This document shows, piece after piece, positions 41,205-53,190 of a DNA stretch of 64,000 bases. The DNA is taken from contig OZ361260.1 in assembly GCA_977018835.1 (NCBI GenBank), positions 930,001 to 994,000 of the forward strand, written 5' to 3'. Both the position numbers and the translations under genes were made by a program. Within the stretch, counting starts at the first letter, position 1. Every line of letters starts with the position of its first letter. The notes beneath the pieces were generated by a model. That model did no database searches, had not been told where the DNA came from, and worked only from the letters and a program-made list of their open reading frames with translations. Origin of the DNA: Minutocellus sp. GHC0000111 (Eukaryota).

Positions 41205-41963
41205 ATGCTCACCCGTAGGAAAGGAGCGTTAACGCCGACCGGCTCTGTCGGTGGAAAATGGCATCAAAGCTACAGGGAGACCAGTGCGTGGTTGCTCCTC
41301 AGCTTTCTTCACCTACTTTTGTGGACCAAGTTGCCAGACCTCCGATTGCGTTATTCTCCTCGCCCTAGTGCCTTGACTTGGGTGGGAGGCCATCCGCCAA
41401 TTTCTCACCATGCAAATTGTTGGTGCGCTGGTGGTGACGATGTCGAGTTATTCAGTTTCCTTGGAGGAGATGGAATTGCACCGACAAAGCTCTCGCCGCA
41501 GTGCAGCTGCTCTCCGTCCTTGGCGATCGATGCGATACTAACGTCTGGTCCTGATCACATATGGCTGGTAGAGAGGAAGGACACTGGCCAATATGCTTGC
41601 ATGGGTGGATTCGTCGAGGTAAATGAGTCTGGGGAGGAGGCGACGTTACGTGAGCTAGAAGAAGAGACAGGGATTGCACTATCACGAGAGGAGGCCAGCC
41701 CCAAGTTCTTTGGCATTTACTCTGACCCGCGCCGAGATAATCGTCGACCGACAGCTAGTATCATATATGTTCTTGACATTCCCCTTTCTTATGAGCCCAA
41801 GGCTGGTGATGATGCCAAGGGGGTGACGAGGGTGCTGCTATCAGACATTGATCAACTAGATTTTTTTGCCGATCACCTATCCATCTTGTTGGACTACCGG
41901 GAGAGCATAAAGCGACGAGTACCAGTAGACTCTAGTGGAACGAAGGAGGGGCTATGCATTTGA
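41205..41963 (+). CDS. Nudix hydrolase with N-terminal TM segment
   Basis: GGFVEVNESGEEATLRELEEETG Nudix box; GIYSDPRRDNR; PKAGDDAK. Confidence 0.9.
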   Translation: MLTRRKGALTPTGSVGGKWHQSYRETSAWLLLSFLHLLLWTKLPDLRLRYSPRPSALTWVGGHPPISHHANCWCAGGDDVELFSFLGGDGIAPTKLSPQCSCSPSLAIDAILTSGPDHIWLVERKDTGQYACMGGFVEVNESGEEATLRELEEETGIALSREEASPKFFGIYSDPRRDNRRPTASIIYVLDIPLSYEPKAGDDAKGVTRVLLSDIDQLDFFADHLSILLDYRESIKRRVPVDSSGTKEGLCI

Positions 41964-42060
41964 ATCACACAATTTCCTCTAGAAAAAGTTATGGGACAGG
42001 GTTGAGTCGAATGACCGCGACCATGCATGTCTTCTCTTCCGATGAATCTGTATTGGGAAG

Positions 42061-43290
42061 CTAAATGTGCATAGTTACGAGAAGGATGCCAAATACAAAG
42101 GACGCCGCTCTGATTGCCACTGATCCTATTGAGTCAGAGAATGCGCCAGCAGCAGCACTTGTTGTCATATCTGGCGGAGCAGAGGTCATCTTTGTTGAGG
42201 GTTCAAACGTAGGCATTGTTGTTGGCGTTGTACTGTCCGTCTCTGGTATTGACTGCGTTGTTGGCATACCTGAGCTCATCATTTCCTCATCGGCATCAGC
42301 AATAGCATCAGTCGGAGCGTCACTAGTATCAGTGGGGGCAGCAGTAGGTGGCCGACTCAATGTAATATCCTCAACCGGAGTGGTATTATCGGGACATGGC
42401 TCAAAATCACAATTGTTGTCGGGATTGCGAGGCACAAAAGTTCCATCGGAGCATTCTTTCACATCGTCTGTGCAGGCCAAACCGCCACCATCCTCTTCTT
42501 CGTCGTCACATGGAATGAACTCGCAGTCTCGAGAGGGGTCTCTAATATTGCCGCATTCGTTGACATCCAAAGGACAGCGACTCTCGTCTTTCATGTCTTC
42601 TTCAAACATGGCATTTTCGTCAATGGTCGGTTCGGGCGTTACAAATCCTTACAAAAGAACACATAGACCAAGGCCACCAATAGAATTAACAAGTAAGTTC
42701 AGTGATGTGATTAGTGAATAAATCGCAAAATACCAGGGCAGCATAAACCAAAGTTCACGTACCTGGTGAAGGAGCAGGTGTATCTACATTCATTTTGTTG
42801 CACAGATGAGAAGTTGAGTTGAGAAATGTACATCTGGTGCCAGAATGGACGGAGAGGAAGTTATAATTTATGAAGCAGGGTAAGTATTGTGCCACCACTC
42901 TCACCTTCGCATTCCTCCCTGAAGTCGCAATTGAACATAGGGTCACGCATGATGATATTGCCGTTCTAACAGGAATGGTTGAAAAGGGAAGAGCGTAGAA
43001 AGCGCGCCAACAGCAAACGGAGGTGCATAAGTAGCGATATGCAAAGTGTTAAATCTCCATACTTCGGAGATAGAAAGAAAGGTATGCATAATCACCAAAC
43101 TAATCGCCCTTATCACAAAGATACTGCCTCACTCACCTCGCAAACTATAGTGTCGTCATTACATTCCTCCAGCCCCTCATCTTCATCGAAAGGCGGTCCG
43201 GTCTCAAATTCGTCGCAACAAACAAAGACACCATCATGAAGGACCAGCGCCAATACCAAGATTAACGAAATGCGATGCAGAGAGAACATG
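42061..43290 (-). CDS. Secreted, probably GPI-anchored Cys-rich/mucin-like surface protein (exons 43290-43137, 42965-42905, 42783-42763, 42647-42061)
   Basis: Signal peptide; three CxxDxxxC..RDP..CxF repeats; Thr/Pro-rich stalk; hydrophobic C-terminus; GT-AG sites keep the frame. Confidence 0.7.
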
Positions 43291-43522
43291 TCAGACACAG
43301 GAGGTACTATGTGTAGGCGGCTTTTGGCGTGGCTGAGGGACGGGACGATGAATCGTCGCGTCCCTCATCAGCATCGAAGTATGCAGTCATGTCAAGCGAG
43401 TCGAGTTAGTCGAGCCCGTGCGGATCGCCATCATCTTGCCATCATTTCATGCATGCAGCTGATGCATGCATGCGGTAGCACTCAACTCCAGGTCAGACTC
43501 ACTCCAAGCGATCGCAAGCAAC

Positions 43523-44596
43523 ATGGGCCGCAGTGAGTACTTCTTTCTATTACGATATATGGCCCTTTTGCTGTGCAATAAGTTCGTGCCGCTTCATTCT
43601 TTTCCGCAAATTTATCCTAGATCTACTTTCGTCAGATACTCATCCGGATCTTTGCTTGTTCGCATGAAAGGTGACGACAGCGCATCGACTTTGTCTCCGG
43701 CCCCATACCCCCTTGTTGACATCGGCATAAATCTGACGCATCGAGCACTGATCAAACATTGGAAGGAAGTGGTCCAAAGGGCAATCGATGCCAACGTTGA
43801 TCGCATGCTGCTGACTGGAACCAGCATCAAATCATCACGTGAAAGCATCCAGTTGGCTCGGGAGTGGTCTGATGGCAATGGTGGAAAGCGCAATCTGTTG
43901 TGTACAGTTGGAAATCATCCTCATGATGCAAAGCTGTTTCATCCCAAGACATCTGAACCATGTGTAGGTGAAAATTGTGGCACCATTAATACAAGTATGA
44001 ACACAATCGACACCATAGACGAAATGCGCGAGTTGATCACAAAGAATCGGTCTCTGGTCGTTGCAATTGGAGAATGTGGACTTGATTACAACCGCAACTT
44101 TTCAACAAAGGAAGACCAGATACACGCCTTTCGGGAACAAATAAAATTCGCTTGTGAATTACAAATGCCATTGTTTGTGCATGAGAGAGAAGCAAGTGAG
44201 GATACAATGAGAATCTTTGATGAAATTGTTGCAGACTCCGATATCCCCCCTCTGCCACCGGTTGTTATTCATTGCTTTACTGGAAAGGCATCAGAAGCAA
44301 TGGAATACATTGAGAGGGGCTTTTATCTTGGTTTTACAGGTACAATATGCAAAAAAGAGCGAGGGGCTCACTTGAGGGACTTGATACCATCGATCCCATT
44401 GGATCGGATCCTTATCGAAACCGACGCGCCGTTCATGTCGTTCTTGAAGAGAAAGGAAGCAAGACATAGTGAACCATTGCATGTAGTTGGTGTGGCGGAA
44501 GAAATTAGTCGAACGATGGGCATCTCTCTGATAGATGTGTGTAGAACAACTACGAAGAATGCGGAAGACTTCTTTCGCCTACCTTCTGTCTCTTAA
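43523..44596 (+). CDS. tatD: TatD-family DNase
   Basis: VDIGINLT, TVGNHPHDA, AIGECGLDYNR, PLFVHERE, VIHCFTG, LIETDAPF. Confidence 0.93.
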   Translation: MGRSEYFFLLRYMALLLCNKFVPLHSFPQIYPRSTFVRYSSGSLLVRMKGDDSASTLSPAPYPLVDIGINLTHRALIKHWKEVVQRAIDANVDRMLLTGTSIKSSRESIQLAREWSDGNGGKRNLLCTVGNHPHDAKLFHPKTSEPCVGENCGTINTSMNTIDTIDEMRELITKNRSLVVAIGECGLDYNRNFSTKEDQIHAFREQIKFACELQMPLFVHEREASEDTMRIFDEIVADSDIPPLPPVVIHCFTGKASEAMEYIERGFYLGFTGTICKKERGAHLRDLIPSIPLDRILIETDAPFMSFLKRKEARHSEPLHVVGVAEEISRTMGISLIDVCRTTTKNAEDFFRLPSVS

Positions 44597-44766
44597 ATGT
44601 TTGACTCTCTTTTGCATCACTTTTTCTAATTAATTCACGGAATAATGAACATGCATGTATTGAGCGCAAATATACACTGTAAGGCATGAGGCACTGTTGT
44701 TTATTTTTCTAAAAGTTGAGCAACAATAGTATACACGAGAGGAATATATATGAGTAGATTTAGTAG

Positions 44767-47189
44767 CTAATAACAAAGATCGATGAAGAACACGGAGCCG
44801 ACGAATTCATTTGGGCGAGCTGGTGCTACAATGATGGCGTCTTCTTCTGACAGAGCGACAGCAAATCCAAATTCGTCTCCTTGATTCGCATCGTGGGGTG
44901 TCAGTGCGGCTTGTTGAGTCCATGTCTCGTCATCATTTAGAGTAAAGATGTGTACTGATCCTGGATGAACACCCCTTCCAGATGGGGCGCCGACAACAAC
45001 TGTGTCGCCCTTGAAAGCCAGTCCAAGACCAAAACCGAAATTGCCTTCCTCCAACTCATTTGGCAGAAGTTTTGTTTGGAGTTCCCAAGAGGCGTCAACC
45101 AATTTGTAGACATACGCCGATCCAGTCGAGGAACTTCTCCAAGATGAAATCACAGCGCGATTACCGTCAATCGCCACACGCTCTCCAAAGCGATGGTCAA
45201 GGCCAACGTCGTCAGGAACAAGCTTCACCTGCTGCTCCCAGGTATTTGTAGTTGTGCGAGAGAAGATGTAGGCCGCACCGCTCTTATCGCCAAAGTCATC
45301 GCGCCACGGAGAACCGATGATGGCAATGTCGCCGCTGATGTCAACGTGAAAGCCGAAATGGTCCATGGATATGCCGTCGTCGGGGAGGAGTTTGGCTTCC
45401 TCCTCCCAGCCCATATCCGTGAGGGTAAATATGTAAGCTGTCCCGAGGCTGTCTTCTTTCCATATGGAGCAAATAATGACCGAGGTGGCGTCATCATTGA
45501 TGCCAAGATCATATCCAAACTTATCTAGCGGAGCTTGGTCTGCCGGAACAAATCTAGCCTGTTGCTCCCATACGTCACCTATCCGATTGAAGACAAATGC
45601 TGCACCAGCTCTCTGACCAAATTTGTCGTCATGGGGCGCTGGGTGACCATGAAAAAATTGCGGAAGTCACGTCACATACATGGAGAAGAGGAGAAGGTAA
45701 ATGCAAAGATTTAGAATCGTGAATATGAAAATGCCGAAGTAACACCTCCTTCCACCAATATATATATATATATATAGCGCATGTTCGCATCGGCACTGAG
45801 TGGCATCACAATACACTAAGAGTGCCACTTACCTCCGACGATGACGGTATCGCCAGCAATGGCGACGCTGTGTCCAAAGTTGGCACCGGGACCTTTATTG
45901 TCGTCGGCCTTCCCCTCCTCGCTCGGGGACAATATCGCCTGCATTTCCCACTGGCCATCCCTCTTCACGAGGATGTTGACCAAACCCCTCCCTTCGTTCT
46001 CCTGAGGATATCCCACGACCGCCGTGTCTCCATCGATCGCAACGATATTGTACGGATCGTTCCCCAGCTCTGTGTCCTTCGAGGCTGGGAATCTCGTCCA
46101 TTCGCATTGATACGTTGGCATCGGGGTGGGAGCGAAGGTGGGAGCTACTGATGTGGCAGATTCGCCGCCGCCCATTCCAGGGGATATGGAGTTGTTGTCA
46201 GAGGCACCAGATCCTGCAGCTGCAACAGACTCGCTTCCGCCGCCGCCACCCAGAATTCCCGTCCCAGCCAGGGCACCAAGGACGGCGGCAATCGCCACCA
46301 GAGCCCCGGCCAGTACCAGGACGAGCCACACGCATCGCGGGAGGGTGACGCCGCAAGCTCTCCACATCTCGTCCTCCTTGATGGCCGTCACGATCACGTC
46401 CGACCTGAGGGTGGTGTCGTCCCCGTCGGCGCCTGTGCCGACGCTGGTTCCGTTGGCAGTACTCCCGCCGGTCGTCCTGGTTCCGTTCACGGCAGTGGTA
46501 CCGGTAGCGCCGTCGTCGGCCTCCACGACCAGCTCGGCCTCGGGCACCAAAAAGGAGTCTGTGATTGTCGAATTGTCCGGCGTCCCATTACTCGTAAGCG
46601 ATGTATGAGGCTGCACCGTCTGCCGGGTGAGGACGGTCGGCGGGGGGACCCGTGCTCCCCCCAGACTCGAGTCCGAGGGGGCCACCCGATACGCTCCGGG
46701 GGCGCTGCTCCCACGCTGACTGCTGCTGCCGTTGGCCGTGGCCGACACCGACGCCATTGCTTCACCTGCTGCTCCTTCTGGACCTGCGCCGGCCGCGTCA
46801 GCCGCGTCAGCACCACCGCTGTCGGACGTCGCTGCCGAGTCTATGGAGTCCCGGCCAGTCGATCGGCGGTTGCTGCTGGTCGTCGACGCTGTCCGGATCT
46901 TGGATTGCACCTGCCCGTCCGGCGTTTGCAGCGTCGGGGGCTCGGGTGCTGCCGGTGCGGTCTCCAGTTGGGACGATGCGGGTGCACCGGCGGCAGCGGC
47001 GGCGGCGGCGGCAGACTCCTCCTCCTCCTGCGCGGAATCCGCCGGGGGATTTCCTTGCTCCAAAGCATTGCTGCCTTCCTCCTCCACTTCCGCATGATCA
47101 ACACCAACATTATTGTCACCTGTATTTGACTCCTCTCCGGCAGGAGGAGGGGGGACGTGCTCGTCGTCACCAGTCGTTTTCGTCACCAT
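44767..47189 (-). CDS. Single-pass membrane protein with FG-GAP repeat beta-propeller (intron 45639-45832)
   Basis: Low-complexity N-terminus with PGAYRV, TM helix, repeated FGxxVAIxGDxxxVGAP...GAAYIF. Confidence 0.85.
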
Positions 47190-47866
47190 TTATTTTGTTC
47201 CACACACGTGGGGGTTATGCTGCGTGCGTGCTTTGTGCTTGCTGCGTAGATTGAAATATGGCAGTGCAACAAGCAGTATATGTGCTGTGCTAGCTAGTCC
47301 TCGTTTGCATGAAATGCCCCGCGGCGGGTGCGTCTGCGGGGTACTAGCTACTAGCTAGCTACGTAGTACCGATAGATGAGGCAGTGGGTTCACGGACCGT
47401 GGTGGGTTGAGGGTCAACGTCTTCGGTCGGCCAAACTCCGGAAGCGAAGCACGACGCTGCCAGCGCACCACACGCGTGCGCGCGCACAAATTGCTTTCAC
47501 AAAGGGACTGAATGTCGCACTATTTTCTTTTGAAAGAGCTCGCAAAAATAACAAGAGGAATGATATGTTTCTTATCGAGGTCCTGATATTTTAAAAGAGG
47601 GTGTCTTTGTGTTCCCACCTCGAAAGAGCTACGTACGTACTAGCTAGTATTACGTACGTAGTACCAGGAGGCCGCCCTGCCTGGCCTGCGCGCGCCTGCA
47701 AATCAAGCATTTATTATGAAATCAATCAATACATGTAATCGCAGGCAATGCATCTGCTTCCACGCATCTGCCACCTGCCCCCACGCCTTGCCTGCGCCCA
47801 TCTCATGAATGGGCGATATTGATTTATGCCTATCTAAACGACGATTCGAGACAGTAACGGTGTGAG

Positions 47867-49891
47867 ATGACGGCCGTAGCCTCTGCCGGCACCGAAACCA
47901 ACTCTGACCCGTTCGCTTCGTCCAACGGCACAAATGACGAAGAGACGACTAATAGAGGACAATCGGCAGCAGCGCAGGAGGCGCTGCCCAAACCTGAGAA
48001 ATTTACCGACGAAGAGCTGGATAGCATGCTGTATGAGTGGGACGACGGGGTGTATCCTGTAAGGGAATACCACGTCAAGGCCGCTGCTCAACCGCCCCAG
48101 CAACGGCGTGCCAATGACGAGGCCAACACTGGCGATGAAGCAGACGGGGAAGACGAAGAGGGATACGACGAGGTTTATCTCGATGATTTCAACACCGAGG
48201 AGGAGGCATATGTCATCGAATTCTACCAGCCGTGGTGCCCTCATTGCCAGCATTACAAGCCAGCGTACATTGAGATTGCCGCGGCCGTAACTCGACGTGC
48301 CGTGGGGACCAAGGTCAACTTCTTCGCGGTGTCCTGCGAGCTGTATGCCAACCTCTGCCATACGTATGAGGTGCATGGGTACCCTACCATCTTTGGATAT
48401 GGCATTGGTTCGGATCCATTTGCACGGGGGATCGAGCTAAATGGAGAAGATGTACCAGAAATGTCGGCGGAATCCATCGGTGATTTATTGTCCATTGAGC
48501 TGGCACATGAGCAGGTCGATGGTTGGAAGTCGAGTTACAGCAATTCCGAAGACCAGAGGAATCGGGAACAGGAAAAGAAAGAGGCTGCAGCCAAGGCGGC
48601 GGAACTCAAACATGAGTGGCAAAGCTTTCCAAGTACGCTCAATGATCGATACCACAATGCTGGTCTGAGTTTGGCCTTCGCGTTGAAAACGGGAGTTTAC
48701 AACGGGTTCGGGAAGCTCAGTGATGATAGAGCGTTGGCTTTGTCGGACTTTTTAGATCTCATTGATTGGACGACCCCGCAGGTCTGGAACGTGCGTACTG
48801 TTATGGTCAAGGAATTACGCCTGCGATTTCACGACGTAGTTGTTTCGTCAAAGAGCAATCTAATCGACATGGTCGAACGGAATCAAGAGCTGCACGAACT
48901 GAAGAAGGGCGATGCAGCCCTGGACCATCTTTGGGGTTATATTGATGCTCCCCGTCGACCGAAAAGGCGCAATGCAATTACTGGTCTCGGTGGTGATGTA
49001 CCAGACACAAAGCGAACGAATGAGCTAACCAGTAGAAATCGCAAGTGGACGGAGGCTTGCACTCACGGACTTCCGGCGCATGGCTTTACCTGCGGCCTCT
49101 GGGATTTGTTCCACATCATCAGCATTGGAGCTTCTTTGCAGGATCATCAGCTCTATGGCTTTCATGCTGGATATCTCACTTCGCACCGCGATGTTGCTCT
49201 GACTATTCGCAATTTTGTTGCCAACTTTTTCGCGTGCGACGTATGTCGGTGGAATTTTATTGATATGTTCGACAACTGCGGACATGACCACTGCAATCGC
49301 CTCCCATCGGAATCGTCAATCGTCCTCGGTGAAAGTGGGGGGACTGGACGAGGTGCGGAGCTGGTCAAAGAATTGCCTTTGTGGCTCTTTCAGGTGCACA
49401 ATGCCGTAAATGTAAGATTGATGGGTGAAGCTGCCGCACGGGACAATCGCGAAGTTACCATGGAGGAGCGAAGAGCTGCGCTATTCCCTCCTGTTGAAAT
49501 GTGCCCGGGGTGCTGGACCGATGTGGAAACAAATGAATATGACAGTGATACAGTTTACAAATTTCTCAAAAGTTGGTACTGGCCCAAAAAGGAAGATGTC
49601 GATGCCGGCTTTGCTTCAGTTTTGAATCGAAACTTGCTTGCCCGGGGCATCAGGGTAGTTCAGCCGAAGGCAACTCTTTCCTCTTTTTTCTTGACGATAT
49701 CAATCACCATGGGGATATTTGGTTGTATCATCAAGCTGGCCAGTGTCTTTGGTTGGGGCGCCAGCGGGGGGAAGCGTCACCATTACCTTCACTATCCGAA
49801 AAATCATTCATCTACTACAAATGGAAGCATTACAACGATGGCAAATAAGCCTCGGAGGAATAAATTCAGACGACCTCCTGCATACATGTAA
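47867..49891 (+). CDS. QSOX: Quiescin sulfhydryl oxidase (Trx + Erv/ALR + TM)
   Basis: FYQPWCPHCQHY, FTCGLWDLFH, FFACDVCRWNF, HNAVNVRL, CPGC. Confidence 0.88.
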   Translation: MTAVASAGTETNSDPFASSNGTNDEETTNRGQSAAAQEALPKPEKFTDEELDSMLYEWDDGVYPVREYHVKAAAQPPQQRRANDEANTGDEADGEDEEGYDEVYLDDFNTEEEAYVIEFYQPWCPHCQHYKPAYIEIAAAVTRRAVGTKVNFFAVSCELYANLCHTYEVHGYPTIFGYGIGSDPFARGIELNGEDVPEMSAESIGDLLSIELAHEQVDGWKSSYSNSEDQRNREQEKKEAAAKAAELKHEWQSFPSTLNDRYHNAGLSLAFALKTGVYNGFGKLSDDRALALSDFLDLIDWTTPQVWNVRTVMVKELRLRFHDVVVSSKSNLIDMVERNQELHELKKGDAALDHLWGYIDAPRRPKRRNAITGLGGDVPDTKRTNELTSRNRKWTEACTHGLPAHGFTCGLWDLFHIISIGASLQDHQLYGFHAGYLTSHRDVALTIRNFVANFFACDVCRWNFIDMFDNCGHDHCNRLPSESSIVLGESGGTGRGAELVKELPLWLFQVHNAVNVRLMGEAAARDNREVTMEERRAALFPPVEMCPGCWTDVETNEYDSDTVYKFLKSWYWPKKEDVDAGFASVLNRNLLARGIRVVQPKATLSSFFLTISITMGIFGCIIKLASVFGWGASGGKRHHYLHYPKNHSSTTNGSITTMANKPRRNKFRRPPAYM

Positions 49892-49997
49892 AAGTATCAG
49901 GAAGTGATAGTAATTCAGTATCATTTCGTATCTGTCTGGATAAGTTACGACCACTTTCAAATATAAAATTGCATATGACATTAAGAGACACCTACTC

Positions 49998-50993
49998 TCA
50001 CGAGGTACCTTCCTCGCTCTTCTCTGTACGATCATACTTGTACAATTTCTTCAAACCCTTCCACCCACGTGGAAGCGGCACTTCGTCTCCCTGGGCCGAG
50101 CAGTCCGCTTCCGCTGCATCCTTTTTCTCGACAACTGCTGTGTCGTCCTTCTTTTCCTCCTGCTCCGCATCATTCCTCCCTGGGACCTTGGTGCAGTCGA
50201 GCTTAATCTCCCAAACATCGCAGTTGTCAAATTTGTACGTCATCTCCAACATTGCCTTGAAGAATTGCGAGTGGCCGACGATGGCAATGCTGTCCTCGGG
50301 CTGATCGCAGACCCACTGCTCGAATTCGACTATGCGTTTGGCAAACCCACCAAAGTTGCCCGGTATCCATTCCGAGGGGGTCTTCTCTAGCAAGCAGGTC
50401 AATTCCTCCACGCGCTGTACAGGTGGCGATAGCTTCTGTTCCGATGTGGAGTTGCCAGTCACGCAACCCAGCATTCCCTCCGACGTCTGCCTAGCACGAA
50501 GCAGGGGAGAGTGCGCTACCAGCTGCACATTGTTCTCTATAAGAAAGTCATCCGCTCGTAATTGATCACCAACTTGATTGATCTGTGAGAGTAGAGGGTT
50601 GAAACATGGTTGAGAAGGAGATGCATGTATGTAAGCGCCCGAACTGCCTGCCAACAATGCCGTACGAACTTCCGATTCATTCATTCATTCAAACGAATGC
50701 ATTCATTCAAACGAATGTATAAATAACAAACACAAATACCGATCAAGATCAACGAAACCGCAACACTAGCGAATGAAATTACCCCACCAACGCACCTGAT
50801 CCCAACCGACCGCACTGACGTCGCTATCAACCTGGGCGGGAACGTTGATCAATTCCACAGACCGTCGCAAGTCGGAAAGGCGTGGGAGGCTCATTCTCCC
50901 GACGTTGGAGATGGATCGCTGCAAACATCCGATACGCTCATTCTCCAGGCTTTCGGCGTGCCGAATAAGAAACAATGATTTGAGGTCGGACAT
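49998..50993 (-). CDS. Histidine phosphatase / phosphoglycerate-mutase family protein (intron 50583-50795)
   Basis: LIRHAES, HSPLLRARQT, IAIVGHSQFF. Confidence 0.85.
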
Positions 50994-51234
50994 GCTGGGA
51001 TGTAGTTGTGTTGTTAAAACGTGCAGTTGGCTTCGGCGTTGCAACGAACGGTATTGGCACAAAAAATGACGATTACGACGAGCCGCATGGTGAATCCCGC
51101 AAATTTTGTCGGGACTGATTCACTCTCGACCACGCTCGACACTCAAAAAAGGACAAGGCAAGGCTGAAGGTACTCGTAAAGTAGTGGGCCATCCATCTGC
51201 TTTTGTTCCGCCTGACCCTTGACCAGCATTCATC

Positions 51235-53001
51235 ATGACCAGCATCACCTCTCTACCGAGATATCCTCTCTCGGTCGTCCTGTCGTATCTGGGCGAGTGC
51301 GACGGAACCTCAGCCTTGATCACAAACAAGCCATGGTCTCGTAGAGTCCTGCCACATTTTGCACTCCGCCGGCCGCTCGTTTCTGGTGGCAGTGGTAGCG
51401 GTGGTGGTGCCTCATTTGGCAAGAATGATGATGGCAGTGCAGGCAACATTCGAAGGATACCGCAGACACGCCACTCCTATCGTGTGTATCCCGTCCAGGA
51501 CGCGGATACCTTGCTAGCCAGGCTCAACACTCGCCGTCTGGCACAACGACTGGCTCAAATGAGACGCGAGCGATTGCATGGAGTCGTCAAGGCGATTGAT
51601 AACAAGCAAGATGGCGATGGTGGCGATGCCTATTCTGCAGCCTACAAGCTGGGCTTAGATACGAACGACTTGGCATTTTCAGAATGGCAGATGCAAGCTT
51701 CCTCTGATCAGAATGACGGACGAAGAAAATGGCCAGCTGAATTGGAGTTGCTCTTGTGGCGTGAGGGATATTCGAAAAAGACGTCTTCTCTGCCTGTACA
51801 TGTGGTGTCTCCCAAGCCTATGCAAGTTTCTGATGGTGTCATTGTATTGGCCAGCTACCCTCGATCGGGCAACACCTTGCTCCGCTCCCTCTTGGAGCGC
51901 ACCACGCTGTGCGTTACTGGCTCTGATACTCGGCCAGACCGGACCTTGTCACGAGCACTGGCTGAACAGCACAATTTGGTCGGTGAGGGCATTGTCCGTC
52001 CCAAATCTCTCCACCCTGTTTTGGACCATGCAAACGTAGGCGCCGTCAAAACGCATTGGCCGGAGCGCAAGGGATGTGTCCCCTACGCCACTCGCAGGGC
52101 AATCCTCTTGGTGCGAAATCCGTACGATGCCATCGACTCCTATTGGAATCTGTGCGTTACGAACACTCACACGGAGTCGGTTGTTGATTCGATCTACGAG
52201 CGGTACGCCGATAAGTTTCGGGCATTGGCGCTGAGCGAAATGCAAACCTGGATACGATTCCATTCGTTTTGGTTGGACCAGTGTCGAGAACGTGGTATGG
52301 ACATCTGCGTGGTCCGGTATGAAGATTTGGTTACCGACGTTGAGGGGACGTTTCGAGATGTTATGAAATTTGTGCTAGATGCGGAGGATGGTCAAGATTT
52401 GGATGACTTTTGGGAAGGTAGATTGCACCACGTCCTTGGTGTGAAGGATTCCGATGATCAGCAGGTGCAACAGCACGAGGGCTGTACATCGCGCCTGGGC
52501 TCCTATCGCCCTCGTAGTGCAAACGATGATTCGAATTCAAATGCTGCACAAGGTGATTCTTGTAGTACTCTGCGCAAGGTACCTCCTGCGGTGGGCAAGT
52601 CATTGCTGCGCAAAAGGAGATATTCCGAAGAGACCTTGCGTAAAATGCACGATGCAGCAGCTTTGCTGGCAATAGACGCAACATCAGGAGGAGCTAACGA
52701 AGGGGCTGGGTCAAATATTTCTCTCCTCAAGCGCTTTGGCTACGACATTTTCGAACAGGGATTCCCATACAACTTTATTTCCAAGGAACCCTCTGTTGAT
52801 CAGATCTATTCAGGTGTTCACATGGAAAAGAGGGGCAATGTGAGAGGAGAAAGCGGCCTGTGGTCTCCGATGAAAGTGAATGTCGGCGCAGAGATAAGAC
52901 CGCACGACGATCCGTACGGACGAGCAATGACAAATTGGCGCAAGGGTGAAACGTCCAATGATACAGAGCCGTTTCCTACCATGTCGAGATTGAAGAAATA
53001 A
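51235..53001 (+). CDS. Sulfotransferase-domain protein
   Basis: PAPS-binding ASYPRSGNTLLR, VKTH, LVRNPYDAIDSYW, VRYEDL. Confidence 0.85.
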   Translation: MTSITSLPRYPLSVVLSYLGECDGTSALITNKPWSRRVLPHFALRRPLVSGGSGSGGGASFGKNDDGSAGNIRRIPQTRHSYRVYPVQDADTLLARLNTRRLAQRLAQMRRERLHGVVKAIDNKQDGDGGDAYSAAYKLGLDTNDLAFSEWQMQASSDQNDGRRKWPAELELLLWREGYSKKTSSLPVHVVSPKPMQVSDGVIVLASYPRSGNTLLRSLLERTTLCVTGSDTRPDRTLSRALAEQHNLVGEGIVRPKSLHPVLDHANVGAVKTHWPERKGCVPYATRRAILLVRNPYDAIDSYWNLCVTNTHTESVVDSIYERYADKFRALALSEMQTWIRFHSFWLDQCRERGMDICVVRYEDLVTDVEGTFRDVMKFVLDAEDGQDLDDFWEGRLHHVLGVKDSDDQQVQQHEGCTSRLGSYRPRSANDDSNSNAAQGDSCSTLRKVPPAVGKSLLRKRRYSEETLRKMHDAAALLAIDATSGGANEGAGSNISLLKRFGYDIFEQGFPYNFISKEPSVDQIYSGVHMEKRGNVRGESGLWSPMKVNVGAEIRPHDDPYGRAMTNWRKGETSNDTEPFPTMSRLKK

Positions 53002-53190
53002 TTAGATGGTGATATTTCTCAAAACTTGAAAACCTCTTCATGTACTTGTGTTAATTCTAGACCATTTGCAAAGTTCCTACGACCTACATTCGCAACGCAT
53101 GTATGGAATGACCCAATTATGTAGGAACTTCCTCTGTCATGCAACATAAAATAATTTTGACGCCGACAAATATCCTCCCGACTGTTTCAA

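Noticed and set aside
50676..50720. TTCATTCAAACGAATG tandem repeat
   Set aside because: Simple intronic slippage repeat
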